Assembly: GCA_945905735.1 (NCBI GenBank)
Contig: CAMDQC010000008.1
Coordinates: 1,989-65,988 of the forward strand
DNA length: 64,000 nt
Source: Prosthecobacter debontii
Lineage (GTDB): Bacteria; Verrucomicrobiota; Verrucomicrobiia; Chthoniobacterales; Chthoniobacteraceae
Direction of reading: 5' to 3'
Position numbers and translations under genes: made by a program. Each line of letters starts with the position of its first letter. Within the stretch, counting starts at the first letter, position 1. Below, piece by piece: positions 53,351 to 63,421 of this stretch. The notes beneath the pieces were generated by a model that worked only from the letters and a program-made list of their open reading frames with translations, was not told where the DNA came from and did no database searches.

Positions 53351-54507
53351 GGGGCGAGGATGGCGTGGTCCCAGTCTTTCCACACGGGCTCGAAGCCGCT
53401 CTTTTGCAGGAGTTGCGCGATGGCGGCGGGGCTGCGCATGTCGGCGATTTGGAATTGCTCGGTGGCTTGGCCGGACTGCTCTGTCTCCACGCGGCGACCG
53501 CGCACAGTCAGGTGCAGGTCGTCTTTTCCCTCACCGGTGTAGCCGCCGGGCTCGGTGTGGCTGCCCGCGCTCATCATGGTGATGCCGAGCGGCAGGAGCG
53601 CGTCGCGCAAAGCGGCGGGCTCGCGCGTGCTGAGGACGATGCCGACGTGCGGAAAACACAGCCGCAGCGCGCACACCGTCTGCACCATTTCACGGTCGGG
53701 TAGCTCGTGGCGCGGCGCAAATTTCCCCGCACACGGACGCAGCCGTGGGAGAGCGACGGTGAACTGCGCTTTCCAGCAACGGCGCATCAAATGATCGAGA
53801 TGCGCGGCCAGCGCCAGCGCCTCGGCTCGCCACGGTGTGAGGCCAAAGAGCGCACCGATGCCGATGCGCCGGAAGCCCGCGTCATAGGCCCGCTCGGGGC
53901 ACGCCAGCCGCCAGTCGAAGTCGCGTTTGGGCCCCATCGTGTGCATCTCCGCGTAGGTCGCGCGGTCGTAGGTTTCTTGATAAACGACGAGCCCTTCCGC
54001 CCCAGCGCGGACGAGCGGCTCGTAGTCGGCGACTTCCATCGGCGCGACCTCCAGCGCGATGGTCGGGATTTCCGGCACGAGCGCGCGGATGCACGCTTCG
54101 AGGTAGCCGTTGCTGACAAACTTCGGATGCTCGCCCGCGACGAGCAGGACATTGCGAAAACCCTCCTTTGCCAAATGCCGCGCCTCTTTCATCACGCTCG
54201 CGATTTCCAGCGTCACGCGGAGGATCGGGTTATCCCGCGAGAAGCCGCAGTATGCGCAGTTATTGATGCACTCGTTGCTGAGATACAGCGGCGCAAAAAG
54301 CCGCATCGCCCGGCCAAAATTCCGCCGCGTGACGAGCGCCGACTCCTGCGCCATCGCCTCCAACTCCGCATCGCTCTTCGGCTCCAGCAGCGCAGCAAAG
54401 CGCCGCAGGGCAGCGGATGGTTGTTTCGGAAAAATGATCTCGTCGGCGTATGACACGCGCCTCCTATACGGGCGGAATGCAAAAGCGCCAAGAGACTTGC
54501 TCGACAA
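53347..54507 (-). CDS. thiH: 2-iminoacetate synthase ThiH (radical SAM)
   Basis: YLSNECINNCAYCGF (CxxxCxxC) and colinearity with ThiH/HydG. The exact start is uncertain. Confidence 0.85.
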   Translation of the reverse strand: MSSKSLGAFAFRPYRRRVSYADEIIFPKQPSAALRRFAALLEPKSDAELEAMAQESALVTRRNFGRAMRLFAPLYLSNECINNCAYCGFSRDNPILRVTLEIASVMKEARHLAKEGFRNVLLVAGEHPKFVSNGYLEACIRALVPEIPTIALEVAPMEVADYEPLVRAGAEGLVVYQETYDRATYAEMHTMGPKRDFDWRLACPERAYDAGFRRIGIGALFGLTPWRAEALALAAHLDHLMRRCWKAQFTVALPRLRPCAGKFAPRHELPDREMVQTVCALRLCFPHVGIVLSTREPAALRDALLPLGITMMSAGSHTEPGGYTGEGKDDLHLTVRGRRVETEQSGQATEQFQIADMRSPAAIAQLLQKSGFEPVWKDWDHAILAP

Positions 54508-54550
54508 CCTACAGCGCCGCCGCTCTAGTCACCCGCAATCTCACACTATT

Positions 54551-55072
54551 ATGACCCCTGAACACTCAGCCACCGAACCTACTCCAGCCCCAGAAAAAAC
54601 ACCTGCGGACGTTCCGCACTATGTCCTCCGACGTGGGGAAATCCTTGGGCCGTTTGCGGTTGCGGAGCTTCATAAGCTCGTCGCGGATGGCGTGCTGGAA
54701 TACGACGACTTTGTGCAGGAGGCGGGAAACGCCGAGTGGCTACCGCTCCGCTGGCTGCTCATCCCCGGCGAAGCGCAGGACCTCGGGGGTGCCCTCGCTC
54801 CGACGTGGCTCACGTTGTTAAAATGGTCGTGGCTCCGACTCCGCTACAACCTCGATGCACAGTCGCTTTATGCAGGCTGGGTCTGCCTCGGCCTTGCTCT
54901 GAGCGGGCTCTTTCTCTCTCGCTGGCCGGCGCTTCTGTGGTTGCCGTGGGTCGTTTTGGCTTTCTTCGGTGGCGTCGCACTTTACCGACGCGAACGTGTC
55001 GGTGCGGGTATCGTGCTCATGCTGGCGTCTGCCGTAATCCCCGGTTCGGTGTGGGCGTGGTTTTACAAATGA
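54551..55072 (+). CDS. GYF_2 (DUF4339) domain membrane protein
   Basis: 173 aa from ATG 54551. HYVLRRGEILGPFAVAELHKLVADGVLEYDDFVQEAGNAEWLPL followed by TM helices. The track extension back to 54110 is antisense to thiH. Confidence 0.6.
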   Translation: MTPEHSATEPTPAPEKTPADVPHYVLRRGEILGPFAVAELHKLVADGVLEYDDFVQEAGNAEWLPLRWLLIPGEAQDLGGALAPTWLTLLKWSWLRLRYNLDAQSLYAGWVCLGLALSGLFLSRWPALLWLPWVVLAFFGGVALYRRERVGAGIVLMLASAVIPGSVWAWFYK

Positions 55073-55174
55073 CGAATTGCGAATTGCGAACTTCGTCATT
55101 CGTCATTTACCCCCCATTTTTTATCGCGACAAAAAATCCTGAAAGATTACAGACCCCGGCTCGTATTATAGTTC

Positions 55175-56434
55175 ATGGATAAAATACTCGTACACGGCGG
55201 TCACCCGCTCAATGGAACCGTCCGCGTCAGCGGCAGCAAAAATAGCGCGCTCCCGATCCTCGCGGCGGCACTCCTCACCCGGCAGCCCTGCGTCATCTCC
55301 AATGTGCCGGACCTCTCCGACATCAACTACATGCTGCAAATCCTCAGCCACCTCGGCGCGCATGTGGAGAGGGCCAGCGGCGTCGTCCGTATCGAGGCGG
55401 AGAAGCTCAAAACCGAAGCACCCTACGAGATTGTGCGGAAAATGCGGGCGTCCGTCTGCGTGCTCGGGCCGCTCCTTGGGCGGGAGCGCGAGGCGACCGT
55501 GTCGCTCCCCGGCGGCTGCGTCATCGGCGACCGACCTATTGATTTGCACCTCAAAGGCTTCGAGGCACTCGGCGCAGTCAGCCGCATCGAGCATGGAAAT
55601 GTGAAGCTGTTCGCCAAAGAACTCCGGGGAGCCACCGTGAACCTGCGCGGCAAGCAGGGTCCCACCGTCCTCGGCACCGACAACGTCATGATGGCTGCCG
55701 TGCTCGCCGAAGGGACCACCGTCATCGAGAGCGCCGCTGCCGAGCCCGAAGTCGTGGACCTTGCCAATTTCCTGAACAAAATGGGCGCGAAAATCGAGGG
55801 CGCAGGCACTCGCCGCATCGTCATCGAAGGCGTGCCCGAGCTTCACGGAGCCGAGCACGAAGTCATCCCCGACCGCATCGAGGCCGGCACTTACCTCGTC
55901 GCCGGAGCCATCATGGGCGGCGATGTCATGCTCCGCCGCGTGGACCCCACGCACCTCGGCGCGCTCATTGATGCGCTGCGACAGTCGGGCTACGCGATCG
56001 AAGTCGGCACCGGCACGCTCCGCATCAAGGGCCATCCCTCCCCCACGCCCGTGCAGCTCACCACCGAGCCTTACCCCGGTTTCCCCACAGACATGCAGGC
56101 GCAAATGTGCGCGCTCCTTTCGCAGACGAGCGGCATCAGCGTCATCAGCGAAACCATTTTCCCCCAGCGCTTCATGCACGTCAGCGAGCTCAAGCGCATG
56201 GGCGCAGACATCTCGCTCGACGGGCACACCGCCATCATCAAGGGCGTGGAGAAAATGAGCGGCGCCCCCGTCATGGCCAGCGACCTCCGAGCCAGCGCCG
56301 CCCTCGTGCTCGCCGGGCTGCGCGCCGATGGAGTGACAGAGGTCAATCGCGTCTATCACATTGATCGAGGCTACGAGTCCATCGACGAAAAGCTGAACCA
56401 ACTCGGCGCCCGCATCGAGCGGATGAAAGCGTAG
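55175..56434 (+). CDS. murA: UDP-N-acetylglucosamine 1-carboxyvinyltransferase
   Basis: 419 aa. [33 protein letters not shown] and FPTDMQAQ. Confidence 0.95.
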   Translation: MDKILVHGGHPLNGTVRVSGSKNSALPILAAALLTRQPCVISNVPDLSDINYMLQILSHLGAHVERASGVVRIEAEKLKTEAPYEIVRKMRASVCVLGPLLGREREATVSLPGGCVIGDRPIDLHLKGFEALGAVSRIEHGNVKLFAKELRGATVNLRGKQGPTVLGTDNVMMAAVLAEGTTVIESAAAEPEVVDLANFLNKMGAKIEGAGTRRIVIEGVPELHGAEHEVIPDRIEAGTYLVAGAIMGGDVMLRRVDPTHLGALIDALRQSGYAIEVGTGTLRIKGHPSPTPVQLTTEPYPGFPTDMQAQMCALLSQTSGISVISETIFPQRFMHVSELKRMGADISLDGHTAIIKGVEKMSGAPVMASDLRASAALVLAGLRADGVTEVNRVYHIDRGYESIDEKLNQLGARIERMKA

Positions 56435-56506
56435 GGCGCGGACAGGAGCGGCGAAAACTAAACCTTTGACCAAGGTCACACAGCCGTTACGTTCCGCCCC
56501 GAACGA

Positions 56507-57268
56507 ATGAAGAATGCTCCAACACTCCGCAGCCTGTCTGCCAACTTTGCGCGAATCGCGGTGGTCAGCCAACTCTTAGCCGTCGCCGCAACCGCCGACT
56601 CGCTCCCAAGTATCCAGTCCATCTACGATAACAGCCGGGCACAGTCTCGGAAAACAGCCGAGCAGCCGGTCGTCCTAAAGTCCAAGGTAGCGGTGGTTAA
56701 AACCAAGGCCATCCCTTCCAAGCTGCCCGCAATAGCGGCATCCCCAAAAAAATCCCCTCGCGTCACCTTCAACGAGCCCGCAACGGCGAGCATCGCGGTA
56801 AAAACTAAGAGTTCCGTCGCGAAACCTGCCGCGCCTGAGTCCCTTCGTAACCCAGAGACGGCCAAGAAGCTCGACCTCAGTAAAATCCCTCTTTTCGGCC
56901 CTCTATCGTCCTCTTTCCGCTACGACTCACGCATGGTCAAAGCGATGGAAATCGCTTCCGCTCGGGCCTATGCACACAGCCAAGGCTCTTGCTGGCGGTA
57001 TGTGAAAAATGCCCTCCTCAGTGCTGGCCTCGTCGATTCCCGTCCCACCTCCGCCTACGCGAAAGAGGCGGCCAGCGAGCTCACGGAGAAGTATGGTTTC
57101 CGCCGCATCTCCTGTTCCGACCCTTACAAGGCCCCGCTCGGCAGCGTCCTTGTCTATGGCGGCCGCGGTGCAGGCCATGTGGAGTTCCGCACCCGCACCG
57201 GATTCGTCAGCGATTTTACCAATACGAAGCCGTCCGCCCGTCCGCTGGTCGGCGTTTACGTGAAGTAG
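56507..57268 (+). CDS. Secreted protein with C-terminal CHAP/NlpC-P60-like Cys-His domain
   Basis: Signal-like N-terminus. C-terminal SQGSCWRYVKNAL...PLGSVLVYGGRGAGHVEF fits a papain-fold amidase layout (Cys then His). Confidence 0.55.
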   Translation: MKNAPTLRSLSANFARIAVVSQLLAVAATADSLPSIQSIYDNSRAQSRKTAEQPVVLKSKVAVVKTKAIPSKLPAIAASPKKSPRVTFNEPATASIAVKTKSSVAKPAAPESLRNPETAKKLDLSKIPLFGPLSSSFRYDSRMVKAMEIASARAYAHSQGSCWRYVKNALLSAGLVDSRPTSAYAKEAASELTEKYGFRRISCSDPYKAPLGSVLVYGGRGAGHVEFRTRTGFVSDFTNTKPSARPLVGVYVK

Positions 57269-57347
57269 TCGATCGGCGTGGAGGCTAGTCGGACACGGGC
57301 TCTCAGCAGCGTTGCTTGAGGAAGCGTGAACGGTTATTGGCCCTCGC

Positions 57348-59111
57348 ATGAGAACCATTCTTTTCCTCGGAGCATTCCTTTTCGCCGTCGCGACCGTGAG
57401 CGCGGCGAACCGGCCCAACGTCGTCATTTTCCTCGCGGACGATGCGGGCTGGGGCGACTACAGCGTGAACGGAAACACGAACCTCCAGACGCCGAATATC
57501 GACTCGCTCGCCCGCGATGGCGCGATGCTGGAGCGCTTCTACGTGTGTCCCGTGTGCTCGCCGACGCGCGCGGAAATGCTCACCGGGCGCTACCACTTGC
57601 GCGGCGGTGTGCGCGGAGTGTCCACGGGGCAGGAGCGGCTGAATCTCGATGAAAAGACGCTCGCGGATTCGTTCAAGGCCGCGGGCTATGCGACGGGGGC
57701 GTTTGGAAAATGGCACAACGGCAGCCAGTGGCCGTTCCATCCGAACGCGCGCGGATTTGATGAATACTACGGCTTCACTTCGGGGCACTGGGGCGAGTAT
57801 TTCGACCCGCCGCTGGAGCATAATGGGGAGCTTTTCCGGGGAAGCGGATACATCGCGGACGATCTGACTTCAAAAGCGCTGAAGTTCATCGAGCGCAATG
57901 CCGCGAAGCCATTCCTCTGCTACGTCCCCTACAACACGCCGCACTCGCCATGGGCTGCCCCGGCGGATGTGTGGGAGCGCTTCAAGGATCGCCCGATCGC
58001 GATGCGCAGCGAGGCGGGGGAAAAGGAGCAGTTGGCGACGACGCGCTGTGCGCTCGCGATGATGGAAAACCTCGATGCAAACGTGGGCCGCGTGCTCCGC
58101 AGGCTCGACGACCTGAAGCTGAGCGAAAACACCGTGGTGATTTACTTCTCCGACAACGGCCCGAACTCCGACCGCTGGAACGGCGCGATGAAAGGCCGCA
58201 AGGGGACGACGGATGAAGGCGGCGTGCGCTCGCCGCTGTTCGTGCGATGGCCGGGCCACATCCCGCGCGGGACTCGCGTGAAGGAAATTGCCGGTGCGAT
58301 CGACCTGCTGCCGACCCTTGCTGCGATGACGGATGTCCGCCACATCGGCACGAAGCCTCTCGATGGTCGCGACCTTTCTCCGCTGCTCACCGGCAAGACG
58401 ACAGAGTGGCCGGAGCGCATGATCTTCTCCACCTGGGGAGGAAAGGTGAGCGCACGAAGCCAGCGCTACCGGCTGGATAATGGAGGCGCGCTTTACGACA
58501 TGGAGGCGGACCCTTCGCAGAAGAAGAACATCGCCGCGCAAGAGCCTGCTGTTGCCTCCAAAATGGCGGCGGCGCAAGCAGGGTGGAAGAAGGAGATGGG
58601 CCTTACCGCCATGAGCATTCTGCCGACCGACGATCGCCCGTATCCCGTCGGCTACCCTGAGTTTCCCACCACGCCGCTGCCCGCGCGCGACGGTGTCGCA
58701 GAAGGCGGAATCAAGCGCAGCGCAAACGCGCCGAACTCATCCTACTTCGTAAACTGGAAGTCGCTCGACGGGCGCATCACCTGGGATGTCGATATTCACA
58801 CGGCGGGCGAATACGACGCGGTGATTTACTACACAGCGCCGCTCGCCGACACCGGCGCGACAATCGAACTGAGCCTGAACGGCGCGAAGCTCGCCGGTAA
58901 AGTGCAGCCCGGTTGGGACCCGCCGCTTTACACCAATCAGGACACCATCCCGCGTCCGGCAGGCGAATCGCAAATGAAAGAATTCCGCCCGCTGAAGCTC
59001 GGCACAATCAAACTGGAAAAGGGCCGCGGCCCGCTCACGCTGCGAGCGCTGGAGATGCCGGGCCAGTCGGTGATGGACGTCCGGGCACTCTATCTCACGC
59101 TGAAAAAATAA
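57348..59111 (+). CDS. Arylsulfatase with C-terminal beta-sandwich extension
   Basis: Signal peptide, NVVIFLADDAGWGD, and the formylglycine motif CPVCSPTRAEMLTGR (C-x-P-x-R). Confidence 0.9.
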   Translation: MRTILFLGAFLFAVATVSAANRPNVVIFLADDAGWGDYSVNGNTNLQTPNIDSLARDGAMLERFYVCPVCSPTRAEMLTGRYHLRGGVRGVSTGQERLNLDEKTLADSFKAAGYATGAFGKWHNGSQWPFHPNARGFDEYYGFTSGHWGEYFDPPLEHNGELFRGSGYIADDLTSKALKFIERNAAKPFLCYVPYNTPHSPWAAPADVWERFKDRPIAMRSEAGEKEQLATTRCALAMMENLDANVGRVLRRLDDLKLSENTVVIYFSDNGPNSDRWNGAMKGRKGTTDEGGVRSPLFVRWPGHIPRGTRVKEIAGAIDLLPTLAAMTDVRHIGTKPLDGRDLSPLLTGKTTEWPERMIFSTWGGKVSARSQRYRLDNGGALYDMEADPSQKKNIAAQEPAVASKMAAAQAGWKKEMGLTAMSILPTDDRPYPVGYPEFPTTPLPARDGVAEGGIKRSANAPNSSYFVNWKSLDGRITWDVDIHTAGEYDAVIYYTAPLADTGATIELSLNGAKLAGKVQPGWDPPLYTNQDTIPRPAGESQMKEFRPLKLGTIKLEKGRGPLTLRALEMPGQSVMDVRALYLTLKK

Positions 59112-59161
59112 CCGTTGCCGGGCTGGGCGGCGAGTGGGGTGATGATACGTATTTTCAGCCG

Positions 59162-62100
59162 CTAAGGAGGCGGATCGAGCGTCACTGGTCCGGTCTTATC
59201 CGGCAGCGCGAATACTCCACGCCCGATGCTCTGACTTTGGAGCAGTGCGCCGTTGAATTTGACGGGCTTGCCGTTGGTACCGGGGAAGCTGCCGGAGAGG
59301 AGCCCGGTTTTTGGGGCAAGTGTGAGCTTGGTGCCGGGCACAGGTGGTGTGAAAAGATTCGCCGGACTGAGTGTCACGGTTCCAGTGAGTGGTGGAACGA
59401 GCACGCCGTTGCCGATGGCGAGATTCCAGTTGGCGATGTCGAGCGCGGCGGTGTTTTTTGGGGGTGGCGTCCAGCGCGAACCGAGCGTGGCGGTGCTGCC
59501 GGTGAAGCCGGGCTTGTAGAGTCCCTTGGTCGTCGCGGGCTTCTGCCAAAGCAGGGTGCCGTCGGCGGAGGCGATGTCCGGCGTCGTTGCATCGTGAAAG
59601 ACGAGCGTGCCTGCGAGCAGTCCGTGTTTGGCGTAGGGCTGGACGTAAACCGGGCAGGTGGCGTCGGCAAAGAGCGGTGCCGAGAATGTGAATGCGGTGC
59701 CGTCGCCCAGGACTCCAGCGACGCTGACTGCGCCGCGGCTACTCACACTTCCTAGCGCGTAGCCATTGCCAAATGGCCGCGTAGTCGGGTCGCTGAATCC
59801 GGGATCGCGAGGCAGGACGAAGGTGTATTTTCCCGCGAGACTTGTCGGGTTCTTGGTCTGGAAGAGCGATTTCCCCGCGGAGAGATCGTAGCTGATTCCA
59901 TCCAGCGTGATCTCCCCACTCAACTGCGCGACGAGGTCGGGATCGAATGCGAGCGTGACGAGCGCCGACGCCTTTCCTCGCCGAGAAATCGAGCCGCTGA
60001 ATGTCCCGCTCGCATCGAAAACACCTGTAATCATCAGCGATTCAGAGCCAATGCGGAGTTTGAGGGTAAGGCGTTTGCTCTTCGTGATTCCGGCGACCAC
60101 CTGTCCGGCGACTCCTTCGGTGCCAATAATGAGCCCGGTATAAGTCGGCACGGCGACGGCGCTCGGTGCGCTTGGTAAGTTGTAGGTGATTGCGAGCCGG
60201 GTGGTTTTCCCGGCTTCGACGGTGACGCTGCGCGCACTCGGCGTTTGAAATCCCTCGATGCTCTTGAAGGTCACGTTGTAGTCGCCTGCGGAGAGGAACG
60301 GTTTGGATTGCCCGCTGTTGAGGAATGCCCCGCTGCCGATGCGCCAGCCTGCTCCTGCGGCGCGCGCGGACTGCGGCTCGATGGTCACGGTGAGCGTGCC
60401 CGAAGGAGTCGAGCCGAGAGAGTTGTTCGTCTGCGTCGAACCGCCGTTGGTGCTGTTCTGGCCGGTGGTGCTGCTTTCTTCGGCGGAGTCAAAAAGCGTG
60501 ATCACATCGCTATCAATGGCCCTCACGCGCGTCTGTGTGGTGCCACCGAGATAGATGGCAGCGGGGAAGTAGCGCCCGTCGTCGTATTGCACGCACACCG
60601 GACCGCCAGAATTGCCGCCACGCAAGGTGATGGCGTCGGTCAAAAACACCCGCGCATTCGCATGGGTAAATGTCGCGTTGATGGGCGGTGTAGCGTGGAT
60701 GCGCCCTTGATTCGCCGCCGCGATGCCGTCGAGCGGATAGCCCACGATCGTTTTCAGCCGTGGCGAAATCAGCCATTCGTTGTCCGTCGAGTCGCTCGCC
60801 AAGTATCCACCCTTGCCGCCACGGGCGGCCAGCGGATCAAGTGGATTATCTTGTTCATCCTTCTCATGGAACCACACCGATGCCACATCCAGATTTTGCG
60901 AATCGGCTGTGCTTTGCCCCGGAATTACACCAGCGGACTGTCGCGCGGCGCTATATCCACTCAAAATGTAGGAACCTCGGGGAATCTGCGGCACCGGCTC
61001 GTAAGTTCCGCGTTCGCGCTGAAAGAGCCACTGTAAGCCCGTCACAGCCGAAAATGAGACGTCATCAAAGACCACATGGGCCGCCGTCGCCACCACACGC
61101 TCTCGCACCACAAAACCAGTGCCCGCCCCCGAGTCGCTGCGGAGTTGCCCGACGTAGGTGGAGGGATTTGCGGTCACCGAAGTGACCGTATCAAACCCCA
61201 CCACGCCCGGCTGCGCACCCACGGCGGCATCGGCGAGAAAGTATGTCGCCGTCGCCGACTTCGCCTCGCCACTGCCAATCGTCACCGAGATCGGGCGCGG
61301 CGTCGTAAAGCCCGCCACATCCTTGCACTCCACGAGATAAACTCCCGCCGCCAATCCCCCGAGCGAAGCCCCGCTCGCACGCCACGCCGAATCCCCCTCC
61401 CCCAGCAACCGCCACTGCGCCGCCGCACCGAGCGAAACCGGCAGCAGCGTCACACTCAGCGACGCCGTCGCCACACCTCCGCCTTGAAAATACTCCCGCT
61501 CCACCACCGTCGCCGCCGCCCCGCTCGTCACACTCACCGGCTCCCGCAACGGATGCAAAAACCCCGCCACCGGACGAAACTCAATCTCGCGGTTCCCCGT
61601 CGCCAGCCCACCCGCCGGAACCCCTGGCACGCGCCACTGCTGCTCCCCCACAAACCGCCAACCCGTTCCCGTCAAATTACTCGGCGAGAGATTCACCACA
61701 AGGAACCCCTGCGCCCCCGAGCGTGGATCGAGCACCGACGGAGCCACTTGCTGAAAGCCCGACAAAACGTCTAACGCCAACGGAAATATCTCTCCCGTGT
61801 TCGTTCCCCCAGCGTTCTCTGCCCGCACTCGATAAAAGTAGGTCACTCCTTGTGCGAGATTGCTCAGGACAGCGCTCACCGCGGTATCTGTGTCGCCCGA
61901 GAGATTCGGCCCCGCTGATACCCTAGTCGGGAATGTCACTCCATCAGTTCCGTATTCAAAAAACACCTGCGTCGTCGAGTTGTTCGCCCGCACAGACCCA
62001 TTCACCCCAGCACTTGTCGTGGAGAGCGAAAATGCCCCGCCGGTTATCGTTGTCGGCAACGGCGGCTTTGCCTGGAAGCTCTTATCTTCGCCTCGCGTTG

Positions 62101-63334
62101 GGAGCGGACTACCAGAATTACTCGCGATGAGGCGAAAGTGATAAGTCGCATCGGCATCCAACCCCGTTACTTGGGCGAAAACGTCCATCAAATTATTCGC
62201 CGCCGATATAGACTGCGCGGGCGTGACGCTGCCGTAAGCCGTCGTTAGCCCGTATTCAAAATAGACCTCGGTATCGCGTCCGTTGGGAACAACCACACCG
62301 GCGAGAGTCGCTCCCGTAGCCCCCACAGAGAGCGCGTCGCTCGTGAACGCAAGCGGCGGGTCTGGGTCCGTCCTTAAAACTACGTCCGCACCGTAAGTAA
62401 TACCAGAGTTGAGCGCGGCGGAATTCATCGCAACCAGCCGGAAATGATACGTTGTGTTTGGAGATAGGAGACTGATGCCCGCATTGAGGGCAACGGGCGT
62501 CGTCCCATTCCCGCAAATCTGACTTGGAGTCACACTCCCGTAATTCGTATCGAGCCCATACTCAAAATAAGCCGTAGTCGCCAAGCTGTTCGGGTTTGCG
62601 CTGCCTTTCAGAGTTGCCGTCGTCTTTGCTACGGTCGCAACCCCTGTCTGAACGATGGGAGGTTGCTCCGTCCCATAATATCGCGCCAGAGTGAATACTT
62701 GATTGGCACCACTGTAAGATAAGCCAGCCGCGACGATCCTTCCGTCTGCTTGAACCGCTACGCTGTTGATGTAGGCCGCACCGCTGCCAATCCGGGTGCT
62801 CACTTTTCCTATACTGTGAAAGCCAGTGTCTAAGGTCCCATCAGGATTGTAACGAACCAACGCAAAGGCATCTACTGCACTGTTCGCATCGTAGGACTGC
62901 CCAGCGAGGATGATTTTCCCATCGCCCTGCAATGCCACACTGTTCGCGCTATCATTGGCGATCCCGATTCCAGTGTATTGGCTGATGTCGAGAGTCCCGG
63001 TTGCAGAATACCGATCCAGTGTAAAATATCGGTGGCTTTCGCCAAAGTTTGATCCCGAGAGCACGACTCTTCCATCCGGCTGTAATACCATCCCCGTAGC
63101 GTAGCCGTTGTGCGTCGCTCCTTGCCCAGCCCCATTCGTCGGCCCTCCTGGCCCGGTAAAACTACCGTCCAGCGTGCCATCAGAATTGTAACGGATCACT
63201 GCGACAAAATGGGGTACGGTCCCAGCGAAAACTCCTCCCGCCCCAGCCACGAGAATCTTCCCGTCGCTTTGCATGGCGAGGGATGTTGCGTACTCATTCA
63301 CCGCACGATCTGATCTCAAACTGCGCGTCACCAA
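59162..63334 (-). CDS. Giant secreted-type protein, distal segment: delta-60 repeats, FN3-like repeats, beta-sandwich repeats, trypsin-like serine protease and a shared C-terminal module
   Basis: 1390 aa on the track (TTG start). The reading frame is open a further 28 codons upstream to the TAA at 63419-63421. Protease triad context: ATAAHVV (His), NLDVASV (Asp), GGNSGGPV (Ser), at aa ~730-945 (nt ~60500-61147). Confidence 0.8.
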   Translation of the reverse strand: MVTRSLRSDRAVNEYATSLAMQSDGKILVAGAGGVFAGTVPHFVAVIRYNSDGTLDGSFTGPGGPTNGAGQGATHNGYATGMVLQPDGRVVLSGSNFGESHRYFTLDRYSATGTLDISQYTGIGIANDSANSVALQGDGKIILAGQSYDANSAVDAFALVRYNPDGTLDTGFHSIGKVSTRIGSGAAYINSVAVQADGRIVAAGLSYSGANQVFTLARYYGTEQPPIVQTGVATVAKTTATLKGSANPNSLATTAYFEYGLDTNYGSVTPSQICGNGTTPVALNAGISLLSPNTTYHFRLVAMNSAALNSGITYGADVVLRTDPDPPLAFTSDALSVGATGATLAGVVVPNGRDTEVYFEYGLTTAYGSVTPAQSISAANNLMDVFAQVTGLDADATYHFRLIASNSGSPLPTRGEDKSFQAKPPLPTTITGGAFSLSTTSAGVNGSVRANNSTTQVFFEYGTDGVTFPTRVSAGPNLSGDTDTAVSAVLSNLAQGVTYFYRVRAENAGGTNTGEIFPLALDVLSGFQQVAPSVLDPRSGAQGFLVVNLSPSNLTGTGWRFVGEQQWRVPGVPAGGLATGNREIEFRPVAGFLHPLREPVSVTSGAAATVVEREYFQGGGVATASLSVTLLPVSLGAAAQWRLLGEGDSAWRASGASLGGLAAGVYLVECKDVAGFTTPRPISVTIGSGEAKSATATYFLADAAVGAQPGVVGFDTVTSVTANPSTYVGQLRSDSGAGTGFVVRERVVATAAHVVFDDVSFSAVTGLQWLFQRERGTYEPVPQIPRGSYILSGYSAARQSAGVIPGQSTADSQNLDVASVWFHEKDEQDNPLDPLAARGGKGGYLASDSTDNEWLISPRLKTIVGYPLDGIAAANQGRIHATPPINATFTHANARVFLTDAITLRGGNSGGPVCVQYDDGRYFPAAIYLGGTTQTRVRAIDSDVITLFDSAEESSTTGQNSTNGGSTQTNNSLGSTPSGTLTVTIEPQSARAAGAGWRIGSGAFLNSGQSKPFLSAGDYNVTFKSIEGFQTPSARSVTVEAGKTTRLAITYNLPSAPSAVAVPTYTGLIIGTEGVAGQVVAGITKSKRLTLKLRIGSESLMITGVFDASGTFSGSISRRGKASALVTLAFDPDLVAQLSGEITLDGISYDLSAGKSLFQTKNPTSLAGKYTFVLPRDPGFSDPTTRPFGNGYALGSVSSRGAVSVAGVLGDGTAFTFSAPLFADATCPVYVQPYAKHGLLAGTLVFHDATTPDIASADGTLLWQKPATTKGLYKPGFTGSTATLGSRWTPPPKNTAALDIANWNLAIGNGVLVPPLTGTVTLSPANLFTPPVPGTKLTLAPKTGLLSGSFPGTNGKPVKFNGALLQSQSIGRGVFALPDKTGPVTLDPPP

Positions 63335-63421
63335 ACCTCCGACTCCGAAGGTGTTGTCCAGTGTCCCATCCGAATTATAGCGGACAACCGCAAAATCCTG
63401 AGCAAGCGCACTGAAAGTTTA

